Both the position numbers and the translations under genes were made by a program. From assembly GCF_006345805.1 (NCBI RefSeq), contig NC_043012.1:36022001-36086000 (forward strand): DNA of 64,000 bases. The letters run 5' to 3'. The first letter of the stretch is position 1, and each line of letters opens with the position of its first letter. Shown here one piece after another: positions 53,292 through 64,000 of this stretch. The stretch is from Octopus sinensis. Taxonomy: Eukaryota. The notes under the pieces were generated by a model. That model did no database searches. It was not told where the DNA came from and saw nothing but the letters and a program-made list of their open reading frames with translations.

Positions 53292-53907
53292 TATATTATG
53301 GATTGGTAAGTAGTTATGTGTACAATGGGAGAAAAATCTACAGAATGCATAAATTAGAGTGTGCATATTCTATTGGAAACTGGAAGTTTTGGGATCGTAC
53401 TTCTGAAATTCCCATTTACGATTGTTCAATGATTGAAATAAAAAAAGTAGCATGATAATATATAAGCAAAAATATTTGCAAAGACATTGAAATGTGACCA
53501 GTGAACTGCACAGGGAAATTCTATTGACAGTACCCCGCTAAAAGAGCTCTAAGTAAAATGTATCACGTATTCATCTATTCATTACCCTATACTGTGTAAT
53601 AACGTGTTCACGCGTCCATGACTGCAGTATGATATGCGAATGACACTTAGGAGTAAGGGAAGCAACACTTGTTGAGTTTTCAGTATTCATGAATAAATTA
53701 ATGTTCTTTTTTTTTTTAATTATAAGTGATTATATGATTACCTTCAGAGCATGCCACACCCAATGTTAAATTGTATAAATTTGGAAATTTTACAGTAAAA
53801 AGCGATGGAAATGTCTGCAAAACATGGGAAATTCCGATTACAGCAAAAAGTTGTAATAGAATGTTTCTCTTTGAGAGATGCATCTTAAATTGTGGACCAA
53901 TTGTCAA

Positions 53908-54311
53908 TATTCTTTTCTACTCTAGCACAAGACCCTAAATTTTTGGAAGAGGAGGGGCCAGTCGATTAGATCTACCCCAGTACGCAACTGGTATTTAATT
54001 TATCGACCCCGAAAGGATGAAACGGAAAGTCGACTTCGGTGGAATTTAAACTCAGAACGTCAAGACAGACTAAATACTTATTTCTTTACTACCCACAAGG
54101 GGCTAAACACGGAGAGGACAAACAAGGACAGACATAGATATTAAGTCGATTACATCGACCCCAGTGCGTAACTGGTACTTATTTAATCGACCCCGAAAGG
54201 ATGAAAGGCAAAGTCGATTTCGGCGGAATTTGAACTCAGAACGTAACGGCAGACGAAATACCGCTAAGCATTTCGCCCGGCGTGCTAACGATTCTGCCAG
54301 CTCGCCGCCTT
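53908..54311 (-). mobile_element. SINE B dimer: long-tail copy (54079-54311) followed by the 3' part of a short-tail copy
   Basis: On the - strand gtaaagaaata is followed directly by agtatttagtctgtc..., the internal SINE B position ggtatttcgtctg. Confidence 0.85.
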
Positions 54312-54982
54312 ACCAATCCTCAATATCGCCAATATTATCAGCTTTTACATTCCAGATATATTTAGAAAGTGAAGTGGCAACGCATCACTCAGTGTGAATG
54401 TATGCCTGTGCTGCAAGAATCGCTTCTTCAAACGATTTCCAAGAGTGCTCTGTGAATCTGCTCCGTTATCTGCAAGGAAATAAAAGTTACTAATAAACTA
54501 ATACTCTAGAAAGACACAATTAACGTCGAGAGGGGAGACGTTAGTGTTGTTGTGATTGCAAAGGGGAGAAAGAACAGTGTAGTTTCACTGGCAAAGGTTT
54601 GCGCTGTTTACGAAAACAGTAGGCCTTTTGTGCAATTACAGGTCACGTTAACGTAATTTCTTTTTATCAAATATGACATCTGTTAAGGAATTCATGTTAT
54701 AAGGGTTAGTTAAGTCCTCGCAACATTAGAACGAACCTTTAAACAAGACGAGGGACAGAACAAATAAGCTTACGTTTCCTATTTTTTACGTTTATGAACA
54801 TCATGTGATGTACTGTCAGCAGTGTAGTTTCTCTGTGTCTGATGTTTACATGTGGAGAGAGTATTCTTCTCAATGGAACAGAAATAGGGACAATGCAGAA
54901 GAAGATTTAAGATCATGGTACATACATCCGCCTTCACATGTGGGCTCAGAACATTTCATGACATGAGCCAAAAAGAACCACA

Positions 54983-55029
<47 letters not shown>

Positions 55030-55615
55030 TCACACACACAGACAACGTGTAAACACAGCCTGAAAGATTACTTTAAGATACATGGCGTATTTCATGAATA
55101 TGCCCGTTCAAGTATCATAATAGCATGAAACTATCGATAGCTCTTTCGGTTGTGTATTTAATTTGATATGCATGTGTGTGTGTGAGTGTGTATGTATGCG
55201 TGCGCGTGCACGTATGTGTGTGCATGTGTGTGTTTTATGTGTATATATATATGTATGTGTGTGTGTGTTTTATGTATATATATATTATATGTGTGTGTAT
55301 GTATGTATACACACATATGCATATATATATATATATATATGTATAAATGTATATTATATATATGTGTGTTGTGTGTGTGTGTACATGTACACTCTTACAG
55401 ACACACACATACACACACAAATATGGACAGGTAAGGTTAAATGAGTTTTTGTCTTCATAGCAGAGAAGAAATGACAGTTGACTGACGAAATAAATTAAAG
55501 GAAAAAGAAAAGAGAAAAACATCAGAATTTCCCGAACCACAAAAAAATGTAATAAGAAGAATTGGACAAAATAACATTTGCACTTAGAATAAGGGTTATG
55601 TATTTTATATAAGTG

Positions 55616-55698
<83 letters not shown>

Positions 55699-56161
55699 CT
55701 GATATATAGATAAGAATAGTTATAGATATAGTTATAGATATGTAATAGATGTAGGTAATAATCGACTAGCATATATATATATATTCAGTATATATATGTT
55801 CAACATATATATTGTGTGTATGTGTGTATGGTATATAAGATATATATATATATATATATATCTATATATAATATATATATATATAAATAATATCTGCGCG
55901 TGTGTATGATTGTGCAGTTGATTGCGTAATGAATAGCTCTGTTCTAACCTTGAGCAGTTCGGCTTCTCAAAGAGTGAATAATGATCGTTAATTGACATTT
56001 TAAACATTCCTGCAATTAGAGGAAGCGTGAAAGAACTCTCTCTCCCCTCGTCCCTCTCTCTCTCTCTCTCCTCCCTCCCTCCTCCCTCACTCTCTCTCTC
56101 TCCTCTCTCTAGGGCTCTCTCTCTCTCTCTCTCTTCTGTCTCTGTCCTCTCTCTCTCCTCC

Positions 56162-56205
<44 letters not shown>

Positions 56206-56347
56206 AATAGGAACCTGATTCATCGAGCATTCAGTGGTGAGGAACCAACAATAGACTCTTTCTTCTCGGCACCGGGAATGCTTATTGTTGTAAATATTTC
56301 AATATATATTAATCAAAAATACACACCCTCGCACGCGCACACATATG

Positions 56348-56448
<101 letters not shown>

Positions 56449-56546
56449 TATATAATATACATATATATACACACACTATATATACACATACATACATACA
56501 TACAAGCATATATATACATACATACATACATACATACATGGATACA

Positions 56547-56580
<34 letters not shown>

Positions 56581-56766
56581 CATATATATATATATACATA
56601 TACGTACACATATATACGTAAATATATACATATATGTGCGTGTGTATATATATATTTGCATATATACACGTATCCTTACATAGGGGTATGCATACATCTC
56701 TCCTTTCTCTCTCTCTCTCTCTCTCTCTGTATATATATATATATACACACACACACACATATATAG

Positions 56767-56900
56767 TGGAAGCGCATGGTTCACTGGTTAGAGCGTCTTT
56801 CTTATAATCGCAAGGTTTTGAGGTTCGATTCCCGGATTGGACTGAGCGATATATATTACTGAGCCAGACACTTCCCACCGTCCCTGTTCACTCAACTGTA
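56767..56900 (+). mobile_element. tRNA-like SINE head
   Basis: tggttcactggttagagcg (A box) and ggttcgattcc (B box), with no closing acceptor stem. Confidence 0.55.
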
Positions 56901-57371
56901 AAAATGCGTTGCAACATCGCTGGTGCCAAGCTGTGCTTCTCCTTTGCTTTTCCTTTGGACAACCTCGGTGGCGTAGAGAAGAGACACCTGTACGCATGGG
57001 GTTCCGCAGAACAACTCTACCTGGACTTGTGTTATGGATGGGAACTTTCTTGTGTTTTCCTTCCTTCATTAATGTCTCTGCTCGTTATTACAATCTCGTA
57101 AATTTGTTTCACTTGTGCACTTGAATACAGTTCGTATGTTACTTAGGCTCCTTTATAAAGTATACCGTAGGGGTTAGATATAATTATTATTGGAGGAACA
57201 AACTGTTTAATACATCATTATAATTTAATGTGTGTGATCCCTAGAATCAAAAGGAGGATATCCTTTAAATAAAAGGGTCATTACCAATCCGGGCAAAAGA
57301 CTTCATAAGCTCAACGTTGGCTCAGCAAGGTAACAGTATTGTTGAAATTTGTAAAGAATTTCTTGTATATA

Positions 57372-57780
57372 GGCGCAGGAGTGGCCGTGTGGTAAGTAGC
57401 TTGCTAACCAACCACATGGTTCCGGGTTCAGTCCCACTGCGTGGCATCTTGGGCAAGTGTCTTCTGATATAGCCCGGGCCGACCAATGCCTTGTGAGTGG
57501 ATTTGGTAGACGGAAACTGAAAGAAGCCTGTCGTATATATATATATACATATATATGTATGTGTGTGTGTGTTTGTGTGTCTAAGTTTGTCCCCCTAGCA
57601 TTGCTTGACAACCGATGCTGGTGTGTTTACGTCCCCGTCACTTAGCGGTTCGGCAAAAGACCGATAGAATAAGTACTGGGCTTACAAAGAATAAGTCCCG
57701 GGGTCGATTGCTCAACTAAAGGCGGTGCTCCAGCATGGCCCCAGTCAAATGACTGAAACAAGTAAAGAGAGTAAAAGAGT
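57372..57780 (+). mobile_element. SINE family A, full length, young
   Basis: ggcgcaggagtggccgtgtgg (A box), gggttcagtcc (B box), cttgggcaagt, internal (TA)/(TG), and tail ggtgctccagcatgg...gtaaagagagtaaaagagt. Confidence 0.93.
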
Positions 57781-57915
57781 ATACTCGTGGCAGGGTCCGA
57801 GCTTATAGTTTCATCGCCAGCCATTCTATATCGTAAGTCTTTAGTTATATTTCCAGTTTGACTCGTCTTTTACACAGACTGACATACAAAACAAGCCATA
57901 AATAATGGTCTTTAC

Positions 57916-58321
57916 ATATTCTTTTCTTGTAGTAGATTTGAGTTACAGTTGTTTTTCTGATAGACATTATTGGTTCGTTCATCGATCGGTTTGCTCAACC
58001 GGTCCATTGATCGATTGAAAAAAATCGAACGACCATAAAGAACTCATCCGAGTCATAGTATTCTAATAAAAAAAAAACACAGCAGAGCAATGATAAATGA
58101 ACAATACAGGTATTGTCATACCTGTATCGTTCAATTTACCGTTGTTCTGCTTGGTTCTTCATCAGAATACTGTGACTGCGATGAAGATAGCATTAGTTCT
58201 TTAAGGTCGTTCGATTTTTCTCAACCGATCATTGGACCGATTGAGTAAACCGATCGATGAACGAACCAATGATGTCTTTTAGAACCAGCCGTAACTCAAA
58301 TTCACTACAATAAAAGAATAT
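57916..58321. repeat. About 400-bp imperfect fold-back palindrome
   Basis: Centre atacaggtat-tgtc-atacctgtat; the arms pair out to atattctttt / aaaagaatat. Confidence 0.9.
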
Positions 58322-58331
58322 TTATACCTTG

Positions 58332-58389
<58 letters not shown>

Positions 58390-58393
58390 GTGT

Positions 58394-58424
<31 letters not shown>

Positions 58425-58635
58425 GAGAGAGAGAGAGTATTTATTTGTATATTAATGAAATTGGATCTTTTTCGAATCGACTTTGTTTGAAGTCTACGAA
58501 CTGAAGAATTTCAACCAAAAAAATCATTTTCTCTGCTGACGGTTCTGGCTAAAGATGGAAATGAATTTAGTCATGATTTGTTTGTTTTTTTTCTTTCTTT
58601 TTCCATAACAAAGAAAATATCTAACATCCGTACAT

Positions 58636-58679
58636 TTTACCCCAGTGTCACTTTGATGGCATGCACTGCTCTCTCACTC

Positions 58680-58731
<52 letters not shown>

Positions 58732-58740
58732 CAACAGAGC

Positions 58741-58812
<72 letters not shown>
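58636..58812 (+). mobile_element. Short LINE 3' tip with a (TAA/CAA)n tail
   Basis: ggcatgcactgctctctcactcaataataat is identical to the segment starting at 27146; both are followed by long (TAA)n. Confidence 0.65.
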
Positions 58813-58814
<2 letters not shown>

Positions 58815-58919
58815 TAAATTATAATGATGATGATGATGATGATGATTCTTTCTAATTTAGGCGCAAGTCCAGCAATTTTGAGGGAAGGCTGTAGTTTATT
58901 ACGTCCAGTAAAGAAACGA

Positions 58920-60480
58920 TGAGCACATGGCACCATTCTAGATGCCAGATGTCCAGTTTCGATCTTTGCTTCGGCCAGTTCTGTAGCTTTGTGAAAGAGG
59001 CGATCTGGGGAAAGACCACGGTCGAACAATGATGATGATGATGGGGAAAGACGTGCTTCAAGAACGATGCCAGCACCAGTTTGCTAAGAATCTCTGCAGC
59101 TTCGCAGTGTGTCCGTGCATCAACAGCCACGGCATGCCCCAGACGCCATGCAGATGGCACTGGCAGCAGAGGGATTGCCAGATCCATGGAAAGTGGCCCT
59201 TCCACAAGAATTTGGTATAGCAGACACTCAAATCTGATAAGGCGTTAAACGGTGCAAGTTAACTATAGTCAGGCAGTAAACAATAATTGTGGCGATAAAG
59301 ATTTTCACCACCTCAAATCCACCTTTCAGAGACAGATTCCCCTTGGTCCATTTCTGAGTAAGATTGATCAACCGATCTATATGGAGGTCGGGACAAAAGC
59401 AGAACCGAAATAGTTCAACTGATTCGTCGGTGCAGCATCCCACGGCTCTGTCCGTCGGCGTGGACCGGCTTCTCTTGGTGCCAAACTGGAAACCCACCAA
59501 CCTGGATGAGTTGATCTTTAGCCCCTGCCGTCGTCATTGTCCCTTTTCCCTTTAGAATGGTGCTGACTATCTTCACTTCAGTGGTATTCGATACCATGAT
59601 GGGAACGTCGACCGCATATTCTAATACGGCCTCCCCCTGTTTCTGTCACAGTTCGGAAGCGATTCTGTGTAAATGTTCCAACTTCTGCAGCATCGGCTCA
59701 ATAGCTAGCTTGTGTAGAAGCAACAGGGTCAGCGCTATTGGACCGAATGTGCTGTACGAAACTGCTCCGAGAGATGGCCAATAACTTCGATCACCAAACA
59801 GGTGCCCCTGTACATTGCAGCGGCCCAATTTCTGAAAGCAGGTCCGAACCTGGCCGCTTTCAAGATAAATTCAAATAACGATGGTCGACCCTCTCCGAAG
59901 TTTTCGACTAATCTAAACTAGATCAGGACACCATCAAAGCCAGATATATTTCCAACCGTTTCTCTGATGTCTCGCATAAGGCGCAGAGTATTCTGAATTA
60001 ATCCGTTCGGGATTACGCACGTTTATGCTTCTTTGAACCAGACTACCGACGACAAACGCCAAACTTTTCACTAAACTTGGCCAAAATCTTGAACTTTGTG
60101 TTAAGCCGAGTTAAAGGAACGAAAGTTGACTACGGTCTCCTCTACGTCTTTGTTCGTTTTTCAGCTGTGTTATCAGACATCGGATCACAGCACTAGGAAT
60201 TCTTCCGTTCTTCTGCTAGTTGTAACAGACGTCTGCCAAGAGGTCACCAAACAAGTCTGACATTAAACTTGAAGACGAGAATCGACCAAACCGGGCGATT
60301 GGCACCTTATGCAACCAATCATCACCGCCCATATTTTATTTGTTCTTATTGGCTTCTTACAGCACATCACGTCTCCTGCAGAGATCTGCGACTGGACATC
60401 AAGGGAGGCACCGAAGTTCCACTTCCGTCTCCAAACCATCGCCCGACGCGAACACATGATATTTGTTGGGACGACATTGC
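58920..60480 (-). pseudogene. Old degraded Tx1/L1-clade LINE ORF2 fragment
   Basis: SPGLVD, KILAK, AIEPMLQKL, EYAVDVPIMVS (YADD relic) and VELFRFCFCPDL..LTQKWTKGNLSLKG..EV are collinear with the young copy at 61264-64000. Confidence 0.8.
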
Positions 60481-60750
60481 ATCGCGATATAGTTGTTGTT
60501 GTTGTTGTTGTTGTTGTTTAATCCAAGGTCGGTTCTGACAACGAATACCTATTATCCAAGCCGTTCCAACAGTGGCCAATCCAGTTCTTTGTCTATCAGA
60601 CACCATGTTCCATCGTGGCCTTTAAATTATTTCAAGATAGTAGGGTGTAATATGAGGCAGATTTAGCTGCTATTTCTCAGGTCAGGTGATCATATAGAGG
60701 CTCTCAATTAGGATCACATGATTAGTTGAAGCCGCAGATTCTGTATTTTA

Positions 60751-60870
60751 ATTGGCCAATCGAAATAGCTTTTTGAACATCGCTATTCAATGACGTCAGC
60801 CACAAATGTTAATAACTGTCTTCTGATTGGTTGGCTGTGGTTGTTTGACGTGTGTGTGCGTGCGCGCGTT
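60751..60870. promoter_or_regulatory. Promoter-like motif cluster
   Basis: ATTGGCCAAT at 60751-60760, full CRE TGACGTCA at 60791-60798, inverted CCAAT at 60826-60830, and GCGTGCGCGCG at about 60858. Confidence 0.35.
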
Positions 60871-60976
60871 AAAATGTGTACGGTTTTGCCCTCCTTTCAT
60901 TCCTTCTCTCGCGCGCTCACTCAGCATACACACACATGCACACAACATATATACATACATACATACATACATACGG

Positions 60977-61030
60977 ACAGATAGATGGATGGATGGATTT
61001 GTAGATAGGTGGGTAGGTAGATAGTTAAAC

Positions 61031-61100
<70 letters not shown>

Positions 61101-61152
61101 GTGGATAGATAGAGAAAGAGAGAGAGAGAGAGAGAGATAGGTATATAGGTAA

Positions 61153-61186
<34 letters not shown>

Positions 61187-61195
61187 GGATAGGTG

Positions 61196-61241
<46 letters not shown>

Positions 61242-61263
61242 CAGATAGATAGATGGATAGATA
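60977..61263. repeat. (GATA)n compound microsatellite
   Basis: Direct reading; directly abuts the Tx1 3' end. Confidence 0.95.
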
Positions 61264-64000
61264 TGTTTCTTTATAGCCACACAAGGGCTGCACACAGATA
61301 GAACAAATTACAAGGTAGAGCTTTTCTTTTGAAGGTATTAAAAAAAAAAAAAAAAAAGAAAAAAGGAAGGGGAGGTCGATCAAAATGTATCGTAAAAGGA
61401 GAGAAAGAGGACAAAACTAAGGGGGATTAAAAAAAAAAAAAAAAAAAAAAGGGGGGGGGAGGGAAAAAAATGATCAATAGGGATCGTATCACAGAAATGT
61501 CAATATGAAGTGTAAAGGGGAGGACAGGTGAGGTTTACCCGTGGAAAGAAAAGCCTGCGAAAAGACCACGGTAACCTCGGTCAATGAAGTCACATTTTAT
61601 ATTTCTTTTTTTTTTTTTTTTTTTTTTTTTGCAAATAAGCAACTCTCTGTTTTCGATTTCTGGGTTCATAGGACTATGTGCTCAAGGTGGCTTCGTCATT
61701 CATACGTGCCATTCTTGCTACATTCACCCATCTTTTTTAAAACATTCGCTAGACAAAACTTGCCTCTCTACTCTCACTTTCCTTTTCAAGTGGTACTTGA
61801 AGAAGTTGATGAGAGATTGACCAGAGATGAAAGTGTTTGTCTCCAATCCTTTCAGACGCGTCCACCAGATACATTCTTTTCGCCCATAGCCACAAGGATG
61901 ATGAAATTAGCTCTTCTTCCGTTTTTGAAGGAAGGAGGCGTGACAATATGACGATAGACTCAGCTGATAAACCGACTCGTCCCACGTGACAGCAGTTTTT
62001 CGACATAAGCCACAGGTCGGAAATTGTTGGACACTGGAACGAGTGCGTGCAGAACGGTTTCGTCGCTCTGACCGCATCTCGGGCAGTCGGGCCCCGGGTT
62101 TCTCGAGCCGTGTCTGTAAGCTTATCCCGAACGGGTAGCGCTTCTCGGTAGCACTGCCAGCCAGGGATCTCTGGAAGTTGTCCATGGGCCCTGGCCCGAA
62201 AGTCGTCCCGACCAGGCGGGTCAGGTACTCCTCGTCGACGTCCAGGTTCGCCCCGAGCTCGTCGTCCGTACCTCCCCTCACTAAACCCCTATAGAATGCT
62301 TTGGTTTGGTTGAAGTCACTTAAGGTCGACCAGGACGGCAGAGTTGCTTGAGAGCAACGCGACACTCGCGGTGCCATTGCCCTTCCTCGGCCTCTTTTGA
62401 TCACGACTGCAGTTCGGTCATGGAGACGAGCTGCGGGAAAGCGTGCCTCACAAACGGCGACCACACCTGTTCACCGTCGTCTACATAGAGCCAGAGATGT
62501 CGCAGTCTCAGCGCGTGTCTTCTGCGCATCATCAACCACGGCATGCCCACCCTCCTTTTAACGGGTGTTGACAGCAAATGGATCGCCTGACCATCGGGAC
62601 GCATCCTTTCCACAAGAAGCGAAAGAGGATGCGTTGTAGTTTGGTGATGGTAGGGTCGGGACAAGGTACGACGGTCAGGCGGTAGTAGATGACGGACGCG
62701 CGATGTACGTGTTCGCCACCTCCGCTCGACCTTTTAGGGACAGTTTCCTCTCGGCCCATTGCCGGGCGAGAGTGACCACCCTACTCGTTATCTCGTTCCA
62801 GTTCTTCTCCACTTGGAGGTCCGGACCAAACCAGACCCCGAGCAACTCAACCGGGCCGTCGGTCCAGCGTCCCACGACAGAGGCGCTGGTGGACGGCATG
62901 GGCTTGCTTCTCCAGGTGCCTAGTCGCAAGCCCACTGACTTTTCCCGGTTGATTTTCGCTCCTGTCACCGCTCGTCGTAGTTTTTCAGTGTCTCGTATCG
63001 CCGACCAGCTCGATGTGCTCGTGGCTAGACACTATGACGGTGACGTCGTCCGCGTATGCAGACACTCTCGTCCCGCATCCCAATTCTCGCGGATGCCCCT
63101 AGAGTCGCCAGCTTCCGCAGTAGTGGGCTCAAGAGTCAATACGTATAGAAGCGCCGAGAGGGGGCATCCCTGACGGACCGAACGTGCAATGTCGAAAGGT
63201 CTCGATAGAGTCCATTTACGCGAATTACCGAACGGATGCCTCTGTACAGGCAGCTATCCAGCCGCGGAAGACGGGACCGAAACCAGCCGCTCTCAGGACT
63301 GCCTCCAAGTATCGATGGTCTACCCTATCAAAGGCTTTTGATTGATCCAAGTTGATCAGGGCCCCACCCATGCCAGGTTTAACTACCCCCTGTCTAGGAT
63401 GTAGCGCATCAGATGGAGGTTGTCATGGATGGTCCGGCCTGGCACGGCGCATGTTTGCGCCTTGTCGACCAGTTTCTCGATGACAAGCGCCAACCTCTTG
63501 GCTAGCACCTTGGCCAAATTTTCAAGTCTGCATTAAGCAGAGTGATGGGCCTAAAGTTATCTATTACATTTCCCTTGTTTAGATCTTTCTTCAGCAGTGT
63601 TACGGCTCCTCGGCTCACAAAACCAGGAATGCTCCCGTTTTGCTGCCAGTTGGCAGTACACCGCCGCCAAGAGATCTCCAAACAAGTCTGGCATACAATT
63701 GTAAAGCTCGTAGGGTAGACCATCCAAACCCGGTGATTTGTCCCTCGAGCATTCTTCCATCGCTTCCCGCACTCTCCGCCGCCGCCGCCGTGATGGCACC
63801 TTCGCAGCACCCTGCCTTTCTTGTCGAGAGTCGTGGTAGGCTATGTAGGTAGGCACTGAAGTCCACCCTACGTTCTTGCCCTCCCTCGTTCCGAACAGTC
63901 GGGCAAAATGCTGCTGAGGCCTCACAACATTTACTTGGCTCGAGCAATTCGCGCCCCTGTTCATCTACCAGTGACCGAATGGTGGCTTTGGTTGCCCTGT
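61264..64000 (-). mobile_element. Tx1/L1-clade LINE: ORF2 (RT plus CCHC knuckle) and 3' UTR, continuing beyond the window
   Basis: KSPGLDGLPYELY, NFRPITLLNADLKI, QGCPLS, AYADDV (about 63043-63060), GAKINREKS, LSLKGRAEVAN and CPRCGQSDETVLHALV.C (about 62030-62087). Stop at 61674-61676, then about 410 nt of U-rich 3' UTR. CpG-rich, with many 1-nt frameshifts. Confidence 0.93.

Noticed and set aside
56767-56840. tRNA gene
   Set aside because: It has A and B boxes but no acceptor-stem pairing and continues into SINE-like sequence; the same applies to the other tRNA-like heads.

Overview
Eukaryotic, AT-rich and saturated with microsatellites. The SINE/LINE repertoire looks like that of an octopus (coleoid cephalopod), which is an inference from recalled repeat families. 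One protein-coding gene is supported: the 3' part of a + strand Piccolo/Fife/RIM-family presynaptic scaffold gene. Its C2A-domain exons lie at 1166-2376, followed by phase-consistent downstream exons, and it probably ends near 27539 with no C2B visible. Everything else is introns or intergenic DNA filled with at least four tRNA-derived SINE families, RTE, Tx1/L1, CR1-like and R4-like LINE fragments, MITEs, Penelope-like inverted repeats and simple repeats. Nearly all ORFs in the supplied track are microsatellite artefacts. The best candidate for an undescribed system is a Tx1-clade LINE whose 3' end abuts a (GATA)n array and shares its 3' tail and small stem-loop with a tRNA-derived SINE subfamily, whose target-site duplications also begin NNTATC. 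This suggests a site-preferring Tx1 LINE/SINE pair. Other highlights: a type I hammerhead-like motif inside a perfect 64-bp palindrome, a C4HC3 PHD finger inside an RTE ORF, a higher-order 61/62-bp array in that RTE's 3' UTR, and an intronic cluster of RFX X-box-like motifs. No database search or folding program was run; all alignments were done by eye.
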